A DNA stretch of 64,000 bases, from UHGV virus genome UHGV-2031204, one strand, 5' to 3'. The notes beneath the pieces are model-generated. The model saw only the letters and a program-made list of their open reading frames with translations. It was not told the origin of the DNA and searched no databases. Each line of letters opens with the position of its first letter. Positions within the stretch are counted from its first letter, which is position 1. Of the stretch, positions 57,096-64,000 are shown piece by piece. The position numbers were made by a program, and so were the translations under genes. The DNA comes from a virus.

Positions 57096-60000
57096 TTACG
57101 CCCGTTTACGACCAACGTCGAGTTGGCGGGCAGGTTGTTCAACCGCGATGTTACGTGATGCTGATCCCGGAGCAGAAGCTGCCGAGGTCGCTGGGGATGG
57201 CTGCATAGCCTGTGGTCTCTGACGAAGAATTGTTACAATCTCTCTCAGATAGCCCGCAGACTCTTTTGCAACCGCCAGCTGCTGTACGCTGATCGGATCA
57301 CCACTGTTCACTGTTGGTGTAGTCTGTGCATCAGACGTTACCGTTGGTGCAGGACGTGCGGATTTCTCCATTTGCTGTCTAGCACCTTCTTTTACTTTGG
57401 CAACTTCCTCTTCGCCCAGACCGTCAGCACGCGCATTTTGACCCACCGTTTCAACAACGACAGACGCATCACTTGGCGTGACGTCACCGCCAGGGCTCGG
57501 CACAGCCGGACCACCACCCGTTGCAGCTTTAATATCTTCAGCGCCCATCGCACCTTTGTCTGCTAAAGCGGAGTCACGATTCGCCTCGTTCGCGGCTGGC
57601 AGGTTATCTGCCGGACCAGCAATAGACGGATCGTTAGCTGCGCCAGCAGCAATTGCAGGAGACGATGGAACTGGTGATAACCCTTTCGTCATGTTTTTCG
57701 CAGACGCAGGATTTGCTGCAATCTCGTTGGTTCCAACCGCACCCATACGGCGGTTCAGTTCCTCGACAACCTCACCGATCGTACGCATCCTAACGCGTTT
57801 CTTCCCGTTCATGATATAGAAAACACCTTCATTACCGTTAAGAACGGCAGGTGTGATGTACTTCACTTTGTCGGGCGACCCGTTAGGATTGGTTTTCCAG
57901 GCTTTAAGGAACTCAGCACCACCACCTGGACCTAAGAAGTGGTACAGGTACGCTACTGCCGGAGGTGGGGCAATTCCACCCAGATCCTTTTGTGCGGTCT
58001 TGATGTTGTCTCTAATGAAGTTAACACCTAAGATTGCGTTAGCCCACGGGTCGAACTGGTCGGTTTGTGGAATACCGTATCTTCGGGCGTACTGCTTCAT
58101 AACCCCATTCCAAGTGCCATTGGTAAATTGGAACAGGCCAGCGGCAGACATCTTATTACTTCTCGGTCTACCAGAGGATGCGCCAGGATAGTTGCCATAC
58201 TGTAAGCCAGATTCTGCTTGTGCCATTGCAATCGCAACAGATGGTGGAACACCCACCATGTTTGCCGCGTCAATAATCAATGACTTGATGGCTTCAGTAT
58301 TTGACTGCATCGGTTTACCGAGCATTTCCCTTGGGTATTTAGTCACTAAGGATTTGTAATCGCCGTCTTGTAACTCACCGAGGGTGATACCAGATTGTCC
58401 AGTGGAATACTTCGCATAGTTCCCTATACCCATATCGCCAACAACTTGTGATAAGTCACCTGGCGTTCCGTAGGACTGACCACCTTTCGGTAAGTATCCG
58501 TCGTTTGAAGCTTCGCCGTAGCTGTTAATTCCCTTATAACGCTCTTTGCTATCTTCATTCGTCTGATGGACACTGGAGTTTGTCGCTGGTGATTTCCATG
58601 TCATACGCTTAGGCGTGCTCGGTGTTTCTTTGAGCATGTTCCTTACAGCCAGATCGGGTTCTTTAGACAACTCTTTCAACGTTGCTAATTCTTCCCTCAC
58701 TGAACCTGCATCGGTATTCGCATCGCCTCCTAACGGGTTAAATGCGATTTCCCACACAGACTGACGGATACCCCCTTTCATGTTGTAAGCACCACGCATC
58801 ATCAGTGCCAGCTCATAGAGGAAACCCCCTGTGAGTTTCAAATCCAACGGATCGGCATGAGGTACGTAGCGTTTTACACCATAAACGTAGGTCATGAATA
58901 CAGGTAAGAAACGATTATAGAACCAGTTCTTGTAACGCTCCTCTTTTGGACCGCCAATTGCATCAGGCGCAATCGCAGAAATTGCTTTCTTCCAATCGCC
59001 CTTATAAATGCAATTTTTGATATCCGTGTCTTTCAACACTTCTTTCTCAAGCAATCTAAAGAGGGTACGTGTTGTCTCATTGACAGATTTCACACCGTAA
59101 GATTTCCAACGGACGGATTCCATCGCGTCCAAATCTTTCTTCTCAGGTAATGCTCTCCAGTCAACTTGAATTTGAACCTGTTCAGTACCGTCTTCCCAAC
59201 CCTCAGCTTTAGCAACAGTTTCGTTACGCTCGGTATCGTTCTTCGCGAGTACCTGCGAAGATTCTGCCACAGAAGCAACCTTATGCCCTTCAGGCACAGC
59301 ACCGGCTCCAGTTGTTTCCTTACGCTTATCATCACGACGCATGTTGATCGAACGGAAAACGCGATCTTGCGCCTCAACAACTTCTTCGCCTGACAAAAAT
59401 TCTGCCGGTGTGAAGGTCACGAAATCCCACGCTTTAGAGAACCAACCTTGGTTAACTTTACGGGGATCTGTCAGCGATTTAAAAGCAGGTGCATCTTTTG
59501 TCATCTTCATTTTGTTAAAGATGGTCAGCATGTCTGCTTTTGATACCTTCGACGGATTACCAACATCAGCTAACGCGATATCGTTATCCATTGAACGTAG
59601 CGCTGTAATCCAACGTAAATAGATCGGCACAAAACGTTGTAGCATAAACGCGGTAAACGCCAGCATTTCGCCTTTGTCTTCTACGTTAGTACCAAACCCT
59701 TCGGCCAGTTTCTTCACGTCGTCACCGGACAAACCACGCAACTGTGCTTGACCATTCTCTGTATAAGAGATGTACGGTTTCAAGTTGTCTTCTAAATAAC
59801 GCGCTTTTGCGCCGTCGTCGGAAGACCATTCATCATGATCTCTAAATCCGTACTGCGCCAATCGCATGTTATCCAGATACTGGGCATTTTCACGGGTTGC
59901 AGTTTTATACGCAAACCAAGACAGCGCAGCGCCTGCAGCGACCAAGCCAATAATCGGCCAGCCAACCGCAGTTACCACTGCAGAAGCCGCTGTTGCAACA

Positions 60001-63000
60001 GCACTCACCGCAGGGACAGCCAAACGGGTCACAGCAAACTTACCAACGTTCCACAACGCTTTGCCTGCAAACCCAACCGGCTTAAAGATTCCCCATTTTG
60101 CGACTTTACCTAAGATTGAACCCACTGTGCCTAAAATACTCACAATTGGTCCTACCAACGGCAGTCCTTTAAGGAAATCCATTACCCCACGTTTACCGCC
60201 TTTCTTCTCAGCCTCTTTCTTAGCCTTTTCCTCTTCCTTAGAACGACGACGGCGTCGGAAGAACTGGAAGTAATCGCGTTTTTCATCACTGGCAGGCGGT
60301 TTATTGCGTTGGCCGAACTTACTGAACATGGTTCTTAACAAACCATCCGAAGCACCTGCTTTTTCTGCAGAATCACGCATGGTATTAAACCACGACATTT
60401 CCTGAAGATTAACCATTCGGTTCAGGCGTTCCAATAAAGCTGACCCAACGCTACGGGCTTTCTGCTTCCCTTTATTAATCACACGTCCAGCGCTATCCGT
60501 TACGGTGTCTAAGTCTTCTTTTGCCGCATCGACAATACGTGTTTTAGACACCTTACCTCTTGCGTAGATGTGCTGACGATAAAACTCAGCAACGTCGTCA
60601 TCGCGTCCTGCTAAACGACTCTCCATTCGATAACGTGTTCCAATATCGTAACGCGGATCACGGAAGGTATCGACCATATCGCTTGCACGGCCACGGAAAC
60701 GGTCAAACCAACCTCGTGCTGCACCTCCCCAACGAGAAAGATGACCACCTACCGCACTGCGGTAACGGGATATCCTGTCACGCATCCGACCACGCCAATC
60801 CCGGAACCCTTGAAAATGTTCACGGAACCCTTCGCGTATGTCCTTAGCACGCTGGAATAATCCTTTAACTGAACTGGCCCCCGTATTCCGCTCCATCTGT
60901 TCTGTCCAGGTGTCATCTTCAGCTTCACCTGGCAATCTCCGGTTAAGGAGTTTGTAGATACGGATTAAGATGTGGTTAGTTTTACGGCCGTTCGACCATG
61001 AAAACACACTAAACCCACCGCCAGAACCCCCTTCCTTACGGTTCTGCCACCAACGTGTCAACGGGTTATCAGAAGCCAACTCTTTGAGTTTCTCAAACCC
61101 GCGTTTTGCATTGTTCCACAGACGAGCTGGCATTCCCGTTACACGGGAAATCATGCTCTGTAAACGGGTTTTCTCTGCGCCCTCTGGAACCTCATTTAGC
61201 CACTCACGTGCTTTCTCGAACAGGGAAGCCGCTTTAGGTGAAATGAAACCCAGAAGTTTCTTCGGTAAGGTCACAGCTTTATTTACTGCCGTTCCTGCTT
61301 TCCCAGAAATATACTGGAATAGCGCTTGAACTTTACCGCCTTTGTAGAAGCGTAGTTTACCTGCGGCAGCCAAATCAGCAGCCGCTAAGATTAAATTACC
61401 CGCTTCGTCGACAATATCACGTCCCAGTTTAATATCGTCGAGAGTTTTAAGTTGAACCAGCTTCTCAGTTTTCGGGTCAGCCTGGTAATATTCCCCAGCT
61501 TCTAAACGGCTTCCTTGTAATACGACGTTGCCGCGTTCATCGTAAATATCACGAACGCCTAAAACGCCTTTACCGAAAGCTACGGCAGAATTCCAACCCG
61601 TCGATAAAGTACCTGTTACTAACCCTTTCAGTCGGCTAAATACACCAGGACCTTCAGAGGAACCGCCTGAGAATTTCCCACGAATAAAACCACCTAATGC
61701 TTGTAGGCGATCTTTCCCGCGCAGGAACAGATTCTTACCAAACCGCCCTACGCCTGAACCGGTATCCCAAAGCACCCCGGCCCAGCGACGTAACAAACCT
61801 GTCTCACCCAGTACAATACGTTTGCGTTTACGACGACGTTTACGACCCGAGTCACTCGAGCTTTCAGATTCGTCACCGCCATCGCGACTACCGCCTAAAC
61901 TGGCTAGGAGAATGCCTTCCTCATCCATGTTCTTAACGTGTTTGAGGATGTCTTGCACTGTACTAGATTCTGGCTGTTTGCGTACGGCATCAATCAAACG
62001 GTCGAATTGCTGCTCCAGCCCAGCGTTCGTATCTGGACGACTGCTTAAAAGTTCAACAAAGTTAGTGGATTTCTCTCCATAAAGTACCGCAGCGAGTTGA
62101 CGTGCGCTTAAACCACGACCGCGACCACCTTTTCCACCACCACGTACGTTGGACAGTTCTTTGTCTTCAAAGCTCGGCTCTGCACCTGCACCCATTCGAC
62201 GCAAGTAATCGCCCAACGCAGAACCGTTTTGCAACTTACGCTGAATCTCTTGCTCACGGGTTAACGAACGTCCAGAACGGGTCTTACCCATCGACAGGTC
62301 GTTAAATAGCGTATAGGGATCGTTAATGTCCTTATCGACTTCGAAGATATCGTTCTTCGCATCGTATTTAAAAATGCCGGAATCACGAAGTGCGTTCTCG
62401 CCGTAAATCACAGACGCAGCATCAACCGTGTCCTGACGTGCACGAATCGTTGACTGGATAGCGGCGATTTTGTTTGAAATCGCGTTGCTCAGTTCATGGT
62501 GCCCACCAACCAGTTCCGCAGAACGGGCTTCTAAAACACCCTGAATCGCTTCCACAGCGTTTGCGTTCATGTAGCGATACATGTGCATCGGGTCTTTCAA
62601 TAAAGACCCTACATCGAACGCTTTCCCTTCTGAGGCACGAGATTCGATGTAGTCCGCTAATGCTTGACGTGTTTTCCGATCGAGCGTTTTATCTTTATCG
62701 ATAAAGTCAACAGTATCGTTGATGTAAGTCTGTAAACGTTTACGCTGGTCGTCATTAGCAACGGCCTTACGTACACGGTTGCCAATAACTTTACGATCCA
62801 CCATACCGCGCGTGGTCAGGTCATAAACCTGATCGTGGTGTTCACCATATCCACGACGAATAGATTTGTTAATCTCGGACAGTAACGTCGGAATAACTTC
62901 GGTGATGCTAAGGTAAGCTTTACGATCGAATTTCGCTGCGGCAGAAAGAGATTCCGCAGAACGATCGTCTAATGCTAACGTTTCGCGACGTAGCGGGTTA

Positions 63001-63953
63001 ACTAGCCCCAAATCGTGCATTAGTCGAAACAGATCAGCTAACGGGCCGCTTGTTTCTCCTGCTATTGCCGAGTTAGAAATAGACGACAAATTACCAAAAC
63101 CATACTTCGCCAACTGTAGGCGTTTCATGACTTCTGGATTTTTCTCTAACTCGCCACGAGTCCAGTTTTGAAGACGTTCGATCTGTGGCTGTAAGAGACG
63201 TTTTGCTAACCAACCACCTGCAAAACTTGCCGCTTTATTACGCGAGTTTGTGTTACGACGGTCAGGAGACAACGATGAGCTGTCCGACATGCCAAAGTCA
63301 TCTTCCTGAGCCATCCCTAGAACTTGTTCTAGAATCCCACGGCCATCGCTAAAGACGTTCGAGATTTTCTTCTTCGCATTTTCGCGAATCTGGTCAATGA
63401 AATTATCCGCGTAGTGTAAGGGGTTCATCCACTCCGCAGCTTTACGTTTTACATTAGCCCAACGAATTTCAGAAAACTCTTCCTTCGCGTAGTCTGGCAG
63501 CGCTGTGTTCTTAACGATGGCTTCTAATGCTGGTGTATTGCGTGCAAACTCGTCTTGTTTGAGTTTCGCAATATCTTGCAAAGCAAACAGCGTTCGATAC
63601 TGCAGCTCTAACTGCTTACGCTGAACATTTAACAACACGCCACGACTTAAGCTAGTCGTTAAGTTGACGTCTTTTGCAATACCGATTACTGTCTGGAACA
63701 GTGCGTCGGACTTCATGTCCTTAATCGTGTCACGCAAGCGGTCTTCAACCATCCCTTCTTGCGTTTCGCGTTGCTGGTCCGCTGTTTGCGGTGCGCCTGA
63801 GAACACGCTGTCCAGCTCACGATCCATCATCGCTTGTTTAGGATCGTAATTCCCATAGTCGATTTGATCGTTACGTGCCCACTTGTCGATTTTCCGTGTT
63901 ACGGATTCCGGTAAATACCGTTTCAGTGTTGGACCTAACTGTCTCGCTTGCAT
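57096..63953 (-). CDS. giant virion-associated protein (>=2285 aa) with central TM cluster and C-terminal GH23 lytic transglycosylase domain; N-terminus may lie beyond window end
   Basis: Track ORF; frame stays open upstream of ATG 63953 to position 64000 and that ATG lacks a clear RBS; GH23 motifs AQAESG, GLFQFTNGTWN, AYLYHF near C-terminus; hydrophobic run ~aa 1180-1260 (LPLVGPIVSILGTVGSILG...AVPAVSAVATAASAVVTAVGWPIIGLVAAGAALSWFAY); Arg/Gly-rich repeats. Confidence 0.7.
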   Translation of the reverse strand: MQARQLGPTLKRYLPESVTRKIDKWARNDQIDYGNYDPKQAMMDRELDSVFSGAPQTADQQRETQEGMVEDRLRDTIKDMKSDALFQTVIGIAKDVNLTTSLSRGVLLNVQRKQLELQYRTLFALQDIAKLKQDEFARNTPALEAIVKNTALPDYAKEEFSEIRWANVKRKAAEWMNPLHYADNFIDQIRENAKKKISNVFSDGRGILEQVLGMAQEDDFGMSDSSSLSPDRRNTNSRNKAASFAGGWLAKRLLQPQIERLQNWTRGELEKNPEVMKRLQLAKYGFGNLSSISNSAIAGETSGPLADLFRLMHDLGLVNPLRRETLALDDRSAESLSAAAKFDRKAYLSITEVIPTLLSEINKSIRRGYGEHHDQVYDLTTRGMVDRKVIGNRVRKAVANDDQRKRLQTYINDTVDFIDKDKTLDRKTRQALADYIESRASEGKAFDVGSLLKDPMHMYRYMNANAVEAIQGVLEARSAELVGGHHELSNAISNKIAAIQSTIRARQDTVDAASVIYGENALRDSGIFKYDAKNDIFEVDKDINDPYTLFNDLSMGKTRSGRSLTREQEIQRKLQNGSALGDYLRRMGAGAEPSFEDKELSNVRGGGKGGRGRGLSARQLAAVLYGEKSTNFVELLSSRPDTNAGLEQQFDRLIDAVRKQPESSTVQDILKHVKNMDEEGILLASLGGSRDGGDESESSSDSGRKRRRKRKRIVLGETGLLRRWAGVLWDTGSGVGRFGKNLFLRGKDRLQALGGFIRGKFSGGSSEGPGVFSRLKGLVTGTLSTGWNSAVAFGKGVLGVRDIYDERGNVVLQGSRLEAGEYYQADPKTEKLVQLKTLDDIKLGRDIVDEAGNLILAAADLAAAGKLRFYKGGKVQALFQYISGKAGTAVNKAVTLPKKLLGFISPKAASLFEKAREWLNEVPEGAEKTRLQSMISRVTGMPARLWNNAKRGFEKLKELASDNPLTRWWQNRKEGGSGGGFSVFSWSNGRKTNHILIRIYKLLNRRLPGEAEDDTWTEQMERNTGASSVKGLFQRAKDIREGFREHFQGFRDWRGRMRDRISRYRSAVGGHLSRWGGAARGWFDRFRGRASDMVDTFRDPRYDIGTRYRMESRLAGRDDDVAEFYRQHIYARGKVSKTRIVDAAKEDLDTVTDSAGRVINKGKQKARSVGSALLERLNRMVNLQEMSWFNTMRDSAEKAGASDGLLRTMFSKFGQRNKPPASDEKRDYFQFFRRRRRSKEEEKAKKEAEKKGGKRGVMDFLKGLPLVGPIVSILGTVGSILGKVAKWGIFKPVGFAGKALWNVGKFAVTRLAVPAVSAVATAASAVVTAVGWPIIGLVAAGAALSWFAYKTATRENAQYLDNMRLAQYGFRDHDEWSSDDGAKARYLEDNLKPYISYTENGQAQLRGLSGDDVKKLAEGFGTNVEDKGEMLAFTAFMLQRFVPIYLRWITALRSMDNDIALADVGNPSKVSKADMLTIFNKMKMTKDAPAFKSLTDPRKVNQGWFSKAWDFVTFTPAEFLSGEEVVEAQDRVFRSINMRRDDKRKETTGAGAVPEGHKVASVAESSQVLAKNDTERNETVAKAEGWEDGTEQVQIQVDWRALPEKKDLDAMESVRWKSYGVKSVNETTRTLFRLLEKEVLKDTDIKNCIYKGDWKKAISAIAPDAIGGPKEERYKNWFYNRFLPVFMTYVYGVKRYVPHADPLDLKLTGGFLYELALMMRGAYNMKGGIRQSVWEIAFNPLGGDANTDAGSVREELATLKELSKEPDLAVRNMLKETPSTPKRMTWKSPATNSSVHQTNEDSKERYKGINSYGEASNDGYLPKGGQSYGTPGDLSQVVGDMGIGNYAKYSTGQSGITLGELQDGDYKSLVTKYPREMLGKPMQSNTEAIKSLIIDAANMVGVPPSVAIAMAQAESGLQYGNYPGASSGRPRSNKMSAAGLFQFTNGTWNGVMKQYARRYGIPQTDQFDPWANAILGVNFIRDNIKTAQKDLGGIAPPPAVAYLYHFLGPGGGAEFLKAWKTNPNGSPDKVKYITPAVLNGNEGVFYIMNGKKRVRMRTIGEVVEELNRRMGAVGTNEIAANPASAKNMTKGLSPVPSSPAIAAGAANDPSIAGPADNLPAANEANRDSALADKGAMGAEDIKAATGGGPAVPSPGGDVTPSDASVVVETVGQNARADGLGEEEVAKVKEGARQQMEKSARPAPTVTSDAQTTPTVNSGDPISVQQLAVAKESAGYLREIVTILRQRPQAMQPSPATSAASAPGSASRNIAVEQPARQLDVGRKRA

Positions 63954-64000
63954 CTTAACGACGCGAGACGTCTTTTCAATCTCGTCTTTCGTATGGGCCA

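Noticed and set aside
1-64000. CRISPR array, integrase, transposase or IS element
   Set aside because: No regularly spaced direct repeats with unique spacers; no tyrosine or serine recombinase or DDE transposase motifs recognised. The repeated hairpins are irregularly spaced, gene-flanking and palindromic, consistent with terminators.

Overview
The window reads as a densely packed segment of a large tailed dsDNA phage genome, probably a large or jumbo myovirus of an enterobacteria-like host (GC roughly mid-40s % by eye; the ThyA is very close to E. coli ThyA). All protein calls are from reading the six-frame translations and motifs by eye; no database search was run. Layout: (1) a minus-strand tail-fiber module of three consecutive long fiber genes (1-10630), the first running off the window edge; (2) a small mixed unit (10.7-13.4 kb); (3) a ~40 kb plus-strand block (13715-54238) of tightly packed, often start/stop-overlapping genes, punctuated by GC-rich hairpin terminators and interrupted by short inverted minus-strand islands; (4) a minus-strand virion-type block (54296-64000) ending in a giant >=2285-aa protein with a central hydrophobic cluster and a C-terminal GH23 lytic-transglycosylase domain. 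Recognisable plus-block genes: thymidylate synthase with two insertions, an RNase HI fusion, a DEDDh exonuclease, a Rad50/SbcC-like ATPase, a RecA/UvsX-like ATPase, a MazG-like pyrophosphohydrolase, a GNAT acetyltransferase, a TARG1/DarG-like macrodomain and a secreted GH23 transglycosylase. No rRNA, tRNA, CRISPR array, integrase or IS element was recognised. Best candidates for undescribed biology: the GNAT plus macrodomain pair (candidate anti-ADP-ribosylation counter-defence), a four-gene tandem paralog family with a shared C-terminal domain (13715-17055), a block of five small secreted proteins (18195-20397), a paralog pair with an Arg/Trp-rich C-terminal motif (38238-40089), a HEPN-like Rx4H protein with a C-terminal membrane anchor (49644-50108), and two repeated promoter-like motif families.
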